Positions 19,794 to 29,944 of a DNA stretch of 64,000 bases are shown here, piece by piece. The translations under genes were made by a program, and so were the position numbers. Every line of letters starts with the position of its first letter. Positions within the stretch are counted from its first letter, which is position 1. Origin of the DNA: an archaeon (GTDB lineage Archaea > Undinarchaeota > CAZHTU01 > JBDRCC01); the NCBI GenBank assembly GCA_043822065.1, contig JBDRCC010000020.1, positions 32,001 through 96,000 on the forward strand, in the 5' to 3' direction. A model generated the notes under the pieces. It was not told where the DNA came from, did not search any database, and was given only the letters and a program-made list of their open reading frames with translations.

Positions 19794-20978
19794 ATGCTCA
19801 AAGCAGCCCTCGGTCTAATCGCGCTTGCAGTTGCTGCAGCGCTGCTCTGGACGGACAGGAAAAACATCGAGCGCTCTTCTGTCTTCTTTGTCAGGCGCAC
19901 CAAGAAGGGCATTTACCTCCTCGACAGGCTCGCCAAGATTCCCGGGCTGAGGCTCTTCTACTCGGTAGGCATACCCCTCTGCCTGCTCGGCATCCTCTAC
20001 ATTCTGCTAATCGTCGGCTCGAACGCCATCTACATATTGACGCATCCGGCTGCCTCCCCCGGGCTCGCGCCAATAATACCCGGCGTCAGAATCCCGGGCT
20101 CGCCGGTTTACGTCCCGCTTGGCTACGGCATCCTTGGCCTTTTCATCCTGCTCATAGTCCACGAGGGCTCCCACGGCATAACCGCACGCTTAGACAAAAT
20201 AAAGGTCAAGAGCACCGGGCTTCTCTTAGCATTAGCAATCCCCGGCGCATTTGTTGAGCCTGACAAGAACTCCTTCGAGCGCGCAAAGACAATGTCCAAG
20301 CTCCGCGTCGCTGCGGCAGGCTCGTTTGCAAACATCCTTACCGCGGGAATCTGCGTCCTCCTGATTGTCTTCGCGCTTTCGGCATATTCTCCAACCGGGG
20401 TAGTCGTTGTTTACACCTTCAACGACACGCCTGCGTTTGATGCGTTCAACCAGACCACGGTTATAACGCACTTCGAGGGCGAAAGAATAAGGACTGTGAC
20501 CGAGCTCGGGGTTGCGATAAACAGGACATCCCCAAACCAGACTGTTTCCTTCGATGTGCTCCAGCTTGACGATGAGCGCGTCGTTCCAAGGCAGGTCTCC
20601 CTGACGACAATACACGCCCCGAACAACACCGCCCAGAGCTACGTCGGGCTGAGCGCGGTCGAGCCCGTCGCCCAGGGCCTTATCTTCTCCCTCCCAATAT
20701 CCTCGATTTCGCTTATAGAATACGTCAACCCGCTTTACTGGTCGATACCGCAGGAGTCTTACCTCTGGTACGTCCTCAACTCCCTGAAGTGGATTGCATT
20801 CCTCAACTTCGCAATAGGCGCGGTCAACCTCCTCCCAGTCCAGCCGCTTGACGGCGGGCTGATGGTGAAAGAAATCGCAAAAAAGGTTTCCGCGAAATAC
20901 GAAAAGTATGTCACCGGGCTGTTCTCGCTGCTAGTCGTGGCTATTTTTGCCCTTAACCTTCTTCCCTATTTCCTTTGA
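19794..20978 (+). CDS. Site-2 protease (M50) with PDZ-like insert
   Basis: HEGSH, GAFVEPD, NLLPVQPLDGG. Confidence 0.9.
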   Translation: MLKAALGLIALAVAAALLWTDRKNIERSSVFFVRRTKKGIYLLDRLAKIPGLRLFYSVGIPLCLLGILYILLIVGSNAIYILTHPAASPGLAPIIPGVRIPGSPVYVPLGYGILGLFILLIVHEGSHGITARLDKIKVKSTGLLLALAIPGAFVEPDKNSFERAKTMSKLRVAAAGSFANILTAGICVLLIVFALSAYSPTGVVVVYTFNDTPAFDAFNQTTVITHFEGERIRTVTELGVAINRTSPNQTVSFDVLQLDDERVVPRQVSLTTIHAPNNTAQSYVGLSAVEPVAQGLIFSLPISSISLIEYVNPLYWSIPQESYLWYVLNSLKWIAFLNFAIGAVNLLPVQPLDGGLMVKEIAKKVSAKYEKYVTGLFSLLVVAIFALNLLPYFL

Positions 20979-22442
20979 TACGTAAAACCCGTCGTCCCTG
21001 TACCCAAGGTTCCTGTAATACGGCTTAGTTCCGATTCCGCTGAGAACGTAAAGTTTCCCGCCGCCTGCAATTCTCTCTGCCTCCTCAAGGAGGCTCTTCC
21101 CGAGCCCGAAGTGCTGCTTCGCGGACGAAATCCTCCTGCCAATCGGCACCTGCTCGCCGTACACCCGCAGCTCGCGCACGACCGGAATGCTGCCAAGCCT
21201 CAGCCTGAGGAAGGCGGCTATGCTGTCCGTCCCCTTATCCTCATACGAAAGGAAAACCTCCTTCCCGCCCGACGCCTCATACTCAATCTTCTCAAGCCCG
21301 AGGTCCGAGACCTTCACTCCCCTGCGCCCGACCTCCCTGCACCTTATGCAGGGGCATGACCTCTCCTCTTCCGCCAGCCTTTCGGCGACAAGCTCGGTGA
21401 TGTTCGACTTCTGCGAGCCGGCTGCTATCTTGTTGATTGGGATGTCCCTTTGCATCCTCATTATCCTAAGGTACCTTGGGAAATAATTTGTCGCCTTCGC
21501 AACCACGTCGACTATGTCTTCGGCCGAATAGGGCACGTACTCCCCTTTTTTCCACATCTCATGCAGTTTCGTGCCGGGAATGACGAGGCAGGGGTAAATC
21601 TTCATCATGTCCGGCCTGAACCTCGGGTCAGAGAACAGCCCCCTGAACATCTCAACATCCCTCTTCTTGTCCGATCCCGGCAGCCCAGGCATGATGTGGT
21701 ACACAACCTTCATTCCAGCTTCCCTTGCGAGCATGCTCGCCTTTGCAGTCGCCTCCACACTGTGCCCCCGGCTCACCTTTTTCAGGACGTCATCGTAAAT
21801 GCTCTGGACGCCAAGCTCGACCCGGGTCGCGCCAAGCCCGAGCATTACGTTAATCTCCTTCTGCGAGCAGAAGTCGGGGCGCGTCTCCACAGTCAGCCCG
21901 GTGCACCTGTTCCTGGCACTCTCATTCAGCATCTGCGCCGAGCGGAGCGTCTTGGAAGTTTTTCCATTCAGCGCATCAAAGCACCTTTTGACAAACTTTG
22001 CCTGATACTCCGGCTTTTCAGACGGGAACGTCCCGCCCATGACTATCAGCTCGCACTTGTCAGTCACGTGCCCGCCCTCCCGAAGCTGCTTCAGCCTGTT
22101 TGTGACCTGCCTATAAGGGTCGAACTCGTTAGACCGCGCCCTTCTCGTAGCAGGCTCATACCCCGTGTAGGACTTTGGGGCAATCTCGGACGTCGGGCAG
22201 TATATGCACTCGCCAGGGCACTTGAACCCAGGGTACATCACGGCAAGGACTGTTATCCCCGAGAGGCTCCTGACCGGCTTCGTCTTCAGGACCTTCAGCT
22301 CCGCCCGTTCCTCTTCAGAGCACTCGGCAAGGATGTCTGCGTTCGAAAGCACTTTTCCATGCTTCCTGGCGTACTCCCTCCTCAGCCTCTCAAGGTTTTC
22401 ATGCGTCGGCTTCTTCAGAAGCCCGCCAATTATCTCCCTCAT
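20931..22442 (-). CDS. elp3: Elp3 tRNA U34 modification enzyme (radical SAM + GNAT)
   Basis: CPGECIYC, MGGTF, ETRPD, CIRCRE, RELRVYG, QHFGLG. Confidence 0.93.
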   Translation of the reverse strand: MREIIGGLLKKPTHENLERLRREYARKHGKVLSNADILAECSEEERAELKVLKTKPVRSLSGITVLAVMYPGFKCPGECIYCPTSEIAPKSYTGYEPATRRARSNEFDPYRQVTNRLKQLREGGHVTDKCELIVMGGTFPSEKPEYQAKFVKRCFDALNGKTSKTLRSAQMLNESARNRCTGLTVETRPDFCSQKEINVMLGLGATRVELGVQSIYDDVLKKVSRGHSVEATAKASMLAREAGMKVVYHIMPGLPGSDKKRDVEMFRGLFSDPRFRPDMMKIYPCLVIPGTKLHEMWKKGEYVPYSAEDIVDVVAKATNYFPRYLRIMRMQRDIPINKIAAGSQKSNITELVAERLAEEERSCPCIRCREVGRRGVKVSDLGLEKIEYEASGGKEVFLSYEDKGTDSIAAFLRLRLGSIPVVRELRVYGEQVPIGRRISSAKQHFGLGKSLLEEAERIAGGGKLYVLSGIGTKPYYRNLGYRDDGFYVSKEIGKKVKGKNSHD

Positions 22443-22478
22443 CGCAACTCTTTAATAAGCCCCCGATATACCAAAATC

Positions 22479-23345
22479 ATGGACAAGGTCTATTTAGTGC
22501 TTATCGTCGTTGGGCTGCTTTTTATCGGCTCCGTCACCTATTCCTACATGGCATTCACCGACGGGTTCCCCTGGGGGGACAAAATCGCGGTCATCGAAAT
22601 CAACGGCCCAATCGACTTCGGCCCGATGCAAAACGGGGTTGCGCCGGTGCAAATAGCCAGCCTTATCAAGGAGGCAGAGGAAAACCCCTCCGTCAAGGCA
22701 ATCGTTCTTGAAATCAACTCGCCAGGCGGCTCCCCAGTCAGCTCAGACGAGATTGCAAGGGCGGTCCGCGACGCTGAGAAGCCGACCGTTGCCTGGCTCG
22801 GCGACATCGCGGCAAGCGGCGGATACTGGATTGCAGCCTCCGCAGACAAGATTGTCGCGCACCCGATGAGCGTAACCGGCTCAATCGGCGCGTTCTCCCT
22901 GCTGGTCGAGCTGTCAGACCTTATGGATGACGTCGGCGTGAATGTTGAATACATACAATCCGCAGAATACAAATCGCTCGGAAGCCCGTTCCACAATGCC
23001 ACCGACGAGGAGAAGCAAATCCTCCTGGACATGGTACTGGAAATACATGAGCAGTTTGTCCAGACTGTCGCGGAAAGCCGCGGCATGGATGTAGAGGCTG
23101 TCCGGAAAATTGCGGATGGCAGGCCTTTTTCCGGGCGGACTGCCTATGAGCTTGGTCTTGTCGACTCCCTTGGCAACGAGCAGGACGCGATAGAGCTCGC
23201 AAAGGAGCTTGGCGGAGTGGAGGGCGAGCCTGAGATTATCAGGATGCAGCCGAAGAAGCCGCTGTTCCTTGACCTTTTCTCAACCCCGTTCACCCTTGCA
23301 AAAGGCGTAAGCGGCTTGGAAGCCGGTAACCTGATTACGACTTAA
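22479..23345 (+). CDS. sppA: Signal peptide peptidase SppA (S49)
   Basis: INSPGGS, AASGGYWIA, TGSIG; real start inside the long ORF-track call. Confidence 0.92.
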   Translation: MDKVYLVLIVVGLLFIGSVTYSYMAFTDGFPWGDKIAVIEINGPIDFGPMQNGVAPVQIASLIKEAEENPSVKAIVLEINSPGGSPVSSDEIARAVRDAEKPTVAWLGDIAASGGYWIAASADKIVAHPMSVTGSIGAFSLLVELSDLMDDVGVNVEYIQSAEYKSLGSPFHNATDEEKQILLDMVLEIHEQFVQTVAESRGMDVEAVRKIADGRPFSGRTAYELGLVDSLGNEQDAIELAKELGGVEGEPEIIRMQPKKPLFLDLFSTPFTLAKGVSGLEAGNLITT

Positions 23346-23363
23346 ATCCCATAACTCTGAGCG

Positions 23364-23393
23364 AATTAATTCAGGTCTACGCCGTGTTCCCAG
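23364..23393. repeat. 30-bp duplicate of the trmB 3' end (partner 23471-23500)
   Basis: AATTAATTCAGGTCTACGCCGTGTTCCCAG vs AATTAGTTCAGGTCTACGCCGTGCTCCCAG, 2 mismatches. Confidence 0.9.
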
Positions 23394-23470
23394 CGACCTT
23401 TTCTTTTTAGAAAAAAGAAAACGTCGATGAAAAGAAAAACTACTTTAGTGTTCGCTCCGCTCACAGATAT
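23394..23470. repeat. Short hairpin repeat element, copy 1
   Basis: T-rich/A-rich hairpin then AAAGAAAAACTACTTTAGT..TCGCTCCGCTC, shared with 40116-40200. Confidence 0.75.
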
Positions 23471-23472
23471 AA

Positions 23473-24261
23473 TTAGTTCAGGTCTACGCCGTGCTCCCAG
23501 TGGTGGTCGAACAGGTCCTGGAGGTTTCTGACAAAGTGCTCTGACTTTATCCAGATCCCATACTCCTGCTCCGCCTGGTCAGGCGACATTATCAGGAGCG
23601 CCTCTTTCCTGTCCTTGAGGAGTATCTTCGTGTTTATGCTGGCCTTCCTTATGCGGCCGTGCTTTGAAATATTCCTTGCATGCTCTGCGTGCTTCGTCTC
23701 TATGTTCCCAAGAACCTTTATCTCGATGCCCTTGGCCTTCGCCTCTTTCAGGTGGTCGACGTGGTTTGCGGCGAGGTTCCTGAGCCCATCGCCCGTGGTG
23801 AACTTGCAAATAGATTTCTCAGCCGAGAGTATCATTTCTTCGCGTTGCCGCCTCATATTATCTGTCCCCTTTATGAAGCCGCTCAGGCTTGCCGGGTCGA
23901 GCGCTGCGCTTGCGGACCGGTATATCGGGGCGAGCGTGTCGACAAACTCCTTCTGGAGCTTTTCAAGCTCGGCAACTCTCTGCTCGAACTCCTCCTGGTA
24001 ATCCGCCTTTATCCGCCTTATGACCTCTTCTGGCTTTGCAGGTATGTACCTTACCGGCCTGTCGTTCTGGACCTTTACGAAGCCTCTTTTCTCCAAGCTG
24101 GACAGGACGTCATACGCCCTGCTCCTCGGGACTCCGGATATGTCAGAGACCTCTCCCGCCGAGGAAACCCCGGTCGAAAGCAGGCCAACATACACCTTTG
24201 ACTCGTACTGGTTAAGCCCAAGCCTCTTCAGTAATGAAAATGTCTTGCCATTGCCTATCAT
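23473..24261 (-). CDS. TrmB family transcriptional regulator
   Basis: LGLNQYESKVY, SGVPRSRAYDVLSSLEKRGFV. Confidence 0.92.
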   Translation of the reverse strand: MIGNGKTFSLLKRLGLNQYESKVYVGLLSTGVSSAGEVSDISGVPRSRAYDVLSSLEKRGFVKVQNDRPVRYIPAKPEEVIRRIKADYQEEFEQRVAELEKLQKEFVDTLAPIYRSASAALDPASLSGFIKGTDNMRRQREEMILSAEKSICKFTTGDGLRNLAANHVDHLKEAKAKGIEIKVLGNIETKHAEHARNISKHGRIRKASINTKILLKDRKEALLIMSPDQAEQEYGIWIKSEHFVRNLQDLFDHHWEHGVDLN

Positions 24262-24381
24262 GGTATGAAACTAATATCACAATTTAAGTATATAAATGTT
24301 ACCATTAGTGAGTGGTAGTTTTCCGGCATGCCTGGCAAGCCGTAGATTAATTATTTAAGCAGCCGCTCGCTTATATCTAGT

Positions 24382-25239
24382 ATGATAATTGGGGGATCTG
24401 CTTCTCTTGAGCTGGCAAAAAAAATCTCCGCGGAGTCAGGCGAGCCGCTCGCCGCAGTCAAGCACAAAAAATTCCCTGACGGTGAGGTCTATGTCAAGCT
24501 CGAGCAGGGCAAAGTCGGCGAGGACGTCACCATCGTCCAGTCCACGCACTTTCCGCAGTACGAGAACTTTGCCGAACTGCTGTTCCTTGCCGAGATAGCA
24601 AAGCAGTACGGTGCAAAGAGGATACGCGCAGTCGTGCCGTACCTCACGAACGCAATGCAGGACAAGGTCTTCGAGCCTGGCGAGATACTCGCGGTAAGGC
24701 CAATCGCCAGCGCGATGAAAGCCGTTGGCATAGAAAAAATACTCACCGTCGACTGCCACTTCTACAGGAAGGAGGGGCCCTTTGACGCCTTCGGCATTCC
24801 GGCCTACAACATCGGCGCCGCCCCGCTCCTGCTAGACCACGTCTCAAAGAAGTTCAAGGACTTAGTCATCGTCACTCCAGACGCCGGCTCCGCAGAGCAG
24901 GCAAAGCAGGTCGGGGGGCAGAACATGAAGAAGAAGCGCATTTCTTCCTTCGAGGTTGAGATCGAGGGGCTGCCAGACGTCTCAGGAAAGAACGTCCTGA
25001 TAATCGACGACCTGATAGAGACCGGCGGCACAGTCCGAAAAGCCATTGACAATGTCAAGAAAGCCGGTGCGGCCAAGGTCGCTGTCGCCGCAACCCATGC
25101 AGCCTTCTGCTGCCAGGCATACGATAAGATAAAGCCGATGGCAGACTACGTCGTAACGTCCGACACAATCCCGCACGAAACATCCAAAGTGACAGTCGCA
25201 AAAAAAATTGCCGACACAATGAGATTAGGAAAATGGTAA
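24382..25239 (+). CDS. prs: Ribose-phosphate pyrophosphokinase
   Basis: FPDGE, PDAG, IIDDLIETGGT. Confidence 0.9.
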   Translation: MIIGGSASLELAKKISAESGEPLAAVKHKKFPDGEVYVKLEQGKVGEDVTIVQSTHFPQYENFAELLFLAEIAKQYGAKRIRAVVPYLTNAMQDKVFEPGEILAVRPIASAMKAVGIEKILTVDCHFYRKEGPFDAFGIPAYNIGAAPLLLDHVSKKFKDLVIVTPDAGSAEQAKQVGGQNMKKKRISSFEVEIEGLPDVSGKNVLIIDDLIETGGTVRKAIDNVKKAGAAKVAVAATHAAFCCQAYDKIKPMADYVVTSDTIPHETSKVTVAKKIADTMRLGKW

Positions 25240-25919
25240 GCCAGAAAAAATTAGAAACCGAATCCAAAAAGCAGAACGAGAAGCTCAAGCAGATGGCAGG
25301 TACAGCGGCCGCACGCTACGTCGACGGCGGGATGGTCGTCGGGCTTGGCACGGGCTCAACCGTGAAATACACAATCCAGGAAATTGGAAGGCTGAAGCTC
25401 AAAATCCTCGGCGTCCCGACGTCTAAGGCGACCGAGCGCCTCGCAAGGACGTGCGGCATCCGGCTCACCAGCCCGAACAAGGTCGACAGCATTGACGTCA
25501 CCATAGACGGTGCCGACGAGATTGACGCTGAAATGAACCTCATCAAAGGCGGCGGAGGCGCGCTGACAAGGGAAAAGATTGTCGCCTCAATGAGCAAGCT
25601 CTACGTTGTTGTCGCCGACGAGTCAAAGGTCGTACAGACCCTTGGCAAATTTCCCCTTCCGATTGAAGTCTTAGAATTCGCAAAAAGGAATGTCTCCCGG
25701 ACGCTCCTAAAGTTTGGTGCGACTTCTGTCACCGAGCGCAAAGGGAAAACCGACAACGGCAACATCATCCTCGACGCCAAGTTCCCAGCAATACTGAACC
25801 CGCTCAAGCTCGAGAAAGATTTAAATAATCTGCCCGGCGTAATTGAGAATGGGATATTCCCGAAGCGGTACGTCAACTACGTCGTCATCGGGACAAAGAA
25901 AGGCGTAAAAACAGCATAA
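25233..25919 (+). CDS. rpiA: Ribose-5-phosphate isomerase A
   Basis: GLGTGST, DGADE, KGGGGALTREK. Confidence 0.96.
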   Translation: MVSQKKLETESKKQNEKLKQMAGTAAARYVDGGMVVGLGTGSTVKYTIQEIGRLKLKILGVPTSKATERLARTCGIRLTSPNKVDSIDVTIDGADEIDAEMNLIKGGGGALTREKIVASMSKLYVVVADESKVVQTLGKFPLPIEVLEFAKRNVSRTLLKFGATSVTERKGKTDNGNIILDAKFPAILNPLKLEKDLNNLPGVIENGIFPKRYVNYVVIGTKKGVKTA

Positions 25920-26224
25920 TGCCAAGGACAATAAACTACGAGGAAAAGAAATTCAGGGCGAGGCAAAAAGGCCTCGGCCACATCGGCAAGGCAAGGGAGC
26001 GCGTCTGCCCGTTCTGGATTACCGCCGCAGTCGAGGAGGTCTACCGCCCGGAGCCGCGGGCAGTTTTTGTCACCCACTGCATGGCGACGGGACGGATGAT
26101 CTGCCCGCGCGACCCATACCACTACGAGACCTGCGAGTACTACCAGAAGTTCAGGCGCTCAAAGGACGAGAATGTCGACAGGACAACGACAATGCCGAGG
26201 TTCCCTGTCCCAAGCCCGGACTAA
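25919..26224 (+). CDS. Hypothetical 4-Cys protein ending in PRFPVPSPD
   Basis: Coupled to rpiA (TAATG); Cys/His-rich. Confidence 0.7.
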   Translation: MPRTINYEEKKFRARQKGLGHIGKARERVCPFWITAAVEEVYRPEPRAVFVTHCMATGRMICPRDPYHYETCEYYQKFRRSKDENVDRTTTMPRFPVPSPD

Positions 26225-26256
26225 ACTATTTATAACTCAAAGTTCAAACACATTCC

Positions 26257-27525
26257 ATGAATGAAATTAGAGACTATCTCGGCCAGATACGTGCCGACGC
26301 CTTTCTAGCTTACGTCTCGCGCGAAACCCACGGTACCATAACGCAAGACATTCTGGGCGTCCCGCCCGATGCAATGACCTCAAGGGAACACTTCGCCTTT
26401 ATCTATACAGACAAGAAAAAAGTAGACTTCTTCGCCTCAAAAATCGACGAGGCTCACGTATCTGATCTTAAACACGACATCACCTTTTACTACAGCTACA
26501 GGAACAAGTACAAGCTCCTTGAAGACAAGCTCAAAGATCTCAACACCATACTGCTCGACTACTCCTTCCAGCATCCTGAGGAAGTGAAAACCCTGAAGAT
26601 GGATCCTTCAAGGTACATCAAGAAGGGTCCCGTCATTCCAGCCCTGGAGTTCGTAGATCTGCTAAAAAAGAGGGACGCTCAAATCGTTAATCAGCTGGTA
26701 CCCAAGATTGCGTTCATCTCAGACACCGGATATCTAAGCCACACCTATGCAGCAGAAAAGCTTACCGGAATCGTCTTGGACGCCTTTGAGCTAATCCGGA
26801 AAGAAGCTGGAAAAATAAGGGAGGGCGATGTGTGCAAGTTCATATACGACGAAATTAGAAAGAAAGGGATGGCGATGGAAAATCTTCCCTACGAAAAAGG
26901 GGAACAGATCCCTAATTCCAGCCCCATAGTCTCCGTCAATGAAAATGCAAGCAATGTCCACTACAAGGCTAAATTCGGCAAGGGGGCGAAAATCAAGGAA
27001 GGAGATCTCGTCCTAATAGACCTCTGGGCGAGGACACGCAGCCACTCCCCGGTTTTCGCTGACATAACCTGGATGGGCTACGTCGGTGAGGAAGTACCTA
27101 AAAAACTTGAGGATATATTCCAAACAGTCATCCAGGCAAGGGACGCAGCTGTCAGCCGGCTAATGGAGAACTATCCTGGAAAAATAACTGGCCAGGAGCT
27201 TGACAGAGTCGCCCTTGATGTCCTTGGAGGTGCTGGCTACAAGGAAGAAGCAATCATTAGCAGGCTGGGGCATGCTATGGACATTCAGGATCATGGTAAA
27301 GGAGTAAATCTTGACGACTTTGAGATCCCAGACGCAAGGGAGCTCAAGCCAAGGCTCCTCTTTACAATAGAACCTGGCCTCTACCTCCCGAAGTACGGCT
27401 TCAGAAGCGAAATAGATATCTTCCTGCACCACAACCGAGCCGAAATAACCACAATGCCCTACCAGACAAAGGTAATCCCGCTTCTCGCACCTAGGTCGTC
27501 CTGGAGCTCCTGCTGGAAAGAATAA
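26257..27525 (+). CDS. M24 family (Xaa-Pro-type) metallopeptidase
   Basis: GDLVLID, ADIT, RLGH, TIEPGLY, RSE. Confidence 0.85.
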   Translation: MNEIRDYLGQIRADAFLAYVSRETHGTITQDILGVPPDAMTSREHFAFIYTDKKKVDFFASKIDEAHVSDLKHDITFYYSYRNKYKLLEDKLKDLNTILLDYSFQHPEEVKTLKMDPSRYIKKGPVIPALEFVDLLKKRDAQIVNQLVPKIAFISDTGYLSHTYAAEKLTGIVLDAFELIRKEAGKIREGDVCKFIYDEIRKKGMAMENLPYEKGEQIPNSSPIVSVNENASNVHYKAKFGKGAKIKEGDLVLIDLWARTRSHSPVFADITWMGYVGEEVPKKLEDIFQTVIQARDAAVSRLMENYPGKITGQELDRVALDVLGGAGYKEEAIISRLGHAMDIQDHGKGVNLDDFEIPDARELKPRLLFTIEPGLYLPKYGFRSEIDIFLHHNRAEITTMPYQTKVIPLLAPRSSWSSCWKE

Positions 27526-27556
27526 AAAGTTTATATCTCCTTCGCGATAAGTCTAT

Positions 27557-27664
27557 ATGGCTTTCGTTGGTAGAACTCGATATCTAGAACTCTTGGTGGG
27601 GCTTGTTGATAACATCGAGCTAGGCATGACCCTGCCAAGGTTCCCGGTGCCGAGCCCGGACTAA
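27557..27664 (+). CDS. Unannotated 35-aa ORF ending in PRFPVPSPD (small protein or gene-end relic)
   Basis: MAFVGRTRYLELLVGLVDNIELGMTLPRFPVPSPD*; AAAAGTTTATA about 25 nt upstream. Confidence 0.5.
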   Translation: MAFVGRTRYLELLVGLVDNIELGMTLPRFPVPSPD

Positions 27665-27697
27665 GCATTATATACTAAAATAGCTCATTAACAGGAT

Positions 27698-28744
27698 ATG
27701 GCGGCTTCACCAAAGCAGTTTATATCTCAGATAGAATCCAACAAGGAATACCTACGAATTGCGAAGATAGTTGTCGAAAGAACACTTGCTCTCAAGACAA
27801 CCGAGACGATTTCAATTTTTGCCGACAACGCAGCCGGTAAAATCGGTGCGGCAGTCTTCCTTGTTGCCGAAGGCATTGCAAAACAGGCGAACTTCAGGAT
27901 AATTGAGCACAGCTACGGCAAAAGGCCGATAATTGGGATCCCTACGGAAATTAAAGAGCTTACAGAGGCAAGCGATGTCGTAGTCTACGTCCTAGGCGAC
28001 CAGTACGGCGAAGAGCGCGCCGAAAACGGGATCCGGGCTTATTGGATGTTCGAATGGGCTCTCACTAAAAAGTTGGGCAGGTGCACCGGGATGCCTGGTA
28101 TCACTGAGCAGATGTTCCTTAATCTAGTCGACATAGACTACCAAAAATTAAAGGGGCGGGCGACCAAGATAGCAAAGCTCATCGCGGGGAGATACATACA
28201 CATTATTACCCCAGCCGGAACAGACCTAATATTTAGCCTCTTGAAAGCGGACGGCACCCCATGTGAGACAGACCCGGATATAGGCGAGAACCACGAGAAA
28301 GGCAAGCCTGGCGTCGCAAACATCCCCTGCGGGGAAATCTGCTATATGTATGAAATGAACACTAACCACTGCCACGGGACTGTAGTAATTGACGGTGCCA
28401 TCGGGGACTTTGGCCTTGTCGACCAGCCGCTAAGCTTTGATGTCTACAAGGGGAGGATACTCTTAGACACCATCAAAGGCGGCAAAGCTGCACAATACCT
28501 GAAGAATGAGATAAAGCGCTCCAAGGACGGCGAAGGCGCAGTCTTCAGCGAGCTGGGCATCGGCCTGAACGAAAAGGCAAAACTGCACCCCAACCTGAAC
28601 TGCCTTGAGGCGGAGAAGATATGGGGCACGGTCCACGTCGCATTTGGGCGCAAGGTGCACAACGACTGCGTCCTCAAAAACCCCAAGGTCATCGCACTTA
28701 AGCCGGAGACCGTAAAGGAGCAGAAGGAAAGCTGGAAAATCTGA
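27698..28744 (+). CDS. M29 family aminopeptidase
   Basis: TPAGTDL, NIPCGE, ELGIG, EK..GTVH.AFG, HND. Confidence 0.8.
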   Translation: MAASPKQFISQIESNKEYLRIAKIVVERTLALKTTETISIFADNAAGKIGAAVFLVAEGIAKQANFRIIEHSYGKRPIIGIPTEIKELTEASDVVVYVLGDQYGEERAENGIRAYWMFEWALTKKLGRCTGMPGITEQMFLNLVDIDYQKLKGRATKIAKLIAGRYIHIITPAGTDLIFSLLKADGTPCETDPDIGENHEKGKPGVANIPCGEICYMYEMNTNHCHGTVVIDGAIGDFGLVDQPLSFDVYKGRILLDTIKGGKAAQYLKNEIKRSKDGEGAVFSELGIGLNEKAKLHPNLNCLEAEKIWGTVHVAFGRKVHNDCVLKNPKVIALKPETVKEQKESWKI

Positions 28745-28832
28745 GCAATCCCCGAAGCATCTCGTTTTAGCTCAGATTTCGCAGTGCAGAAACCGCAGTT
28801 TTTATATATGCCACTAGCAAATAGTATCTCTA

Positions 28833-29912
28833 ATGGGGAGCTTGCAACAGGGCGCATATAACGCAGTCAAAGTCTGCATGGGCGTCAAGAGGGGCGAAAG
28901 AGTCACAATAATAACTGACGACTCTGCAATGCAGATTGCAACCGCCCTCAGAACAGAAGCGGAGAAACTTAAAGCAAAGGTTTCTTTCTTCAACCTCGAT
29001 GATTTTGAGAACCGGAGGGCGAGCAAGAAAAACCTCCTTAAGAAGGCGCCGAAGGAAGTCCTCGAAGCCATAGAGGACTCGGACATCACTTTCTACAATG
29101 CCGCGGACAAGCAGTTTGGCTCGAATACCGAGGTCCAGGCTAGAATCAAGATATGGGAGCACGCCATACAATATGCCCGGCACGCCCACATGCCCGGAGT
29201 AAGTGTTAAGATGATGGAAACCGGCATGTGCGTCGACTACAAGAAAGTTCACAAAATTACGCACAAAGTCTACGGCGAGTTCCTGAAGGATGCAAAAAGC
29301 ATGCACATAGCATCCAGGGCAGGAACAGACTTAGCCATCATGTTCGGGCCGACAAACAAGTACCCAGATGCCAGATGGCGCGCCTGCGGCGGGCTTTACC
29401 ACAAGAAAGGCGAGAGCGGAAACCTCCCGGAGGGCGAGGTATTCACCTGCCCGATTCGTGTCAATGGCGACCTTGTCTTCGACGGCTGCATCGGGGAGTT
29501 GTCCAAGGACGACCTTGAGGAGACAAACCAGGTAATAAGCATGAAGGTGGTGGACAGCTTTTGTGAGCGGGACAGCATAAACTGCCGCAACAAGGACCTC
29601 GAGTCGGCTTACAGGAACTACCTTTCCAAGCATCAGAATTCTTACCGAGTTGGCGAGATAGGCGTCGGGACCAATGTACTTTTGAGGAAATACGGCTTCG
29701 TCGGGCACATGCTCCAGGACGAGAAATACCCGGGCATCCACATTGCCTTCGGGGAGTCAAGCCCTGACGACACCGGCATCAGCTGGGAGAAGGAAGGCGG
29801 CGACCCGCCGACGCACATAGACGGCTTCATAAAACACGCCACGCTTGATGTCACGGACAAGGACGGAACGACAAAGCGGCTCCTCAAGAACGGAAAATTC
29901 GTTTTCGAGTGA
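28833..29912 (+). CDS. M29 family aminopeptidase
   Basis: NLPEGEVF, EIGVGTN, LQDEK.PGIHIAFG, HID. Confidence 0.87.
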   Translation: MGSLQQGAYNAVKVCMGVKRGERVTIITDDSAMQIATALRTEAEKLKAKVSFFNLDDFENRRASKKNLLKKAPKEVLEAIEDSDITFYNAADKQFGSNTEVQARIKIWEHAIQYARHAHMPGVSVKMMETGMCVDYKKVHKITHKVYGEFLKDAKSMHIASRAGTDLAIMFGPTNKYPDARWRACGGLYHKKGESGNLPEGEVFTCPIRVNGDLVFDGCIGELSKDDLEETNQVISMKVVDSFCERDSINCRNKDLESAYRNYLSKHQNSYRVGEIGVGTNVLLRKYGFVGHMLQDEKYPGIHIAFGESSPDDTGISWEKEGGDPPTHIDGFIKHATLDVTDKDGTTKRLLKNGKFVFE

Positions 29913-29944
29913 TTATTTCTTGCCCCAGCCTCGCTAATCCCTAC

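Noticed and set aside
21450-22478. N-terminal extension of SppA
   Set aside because: Antisense to elp3; real start at 22479
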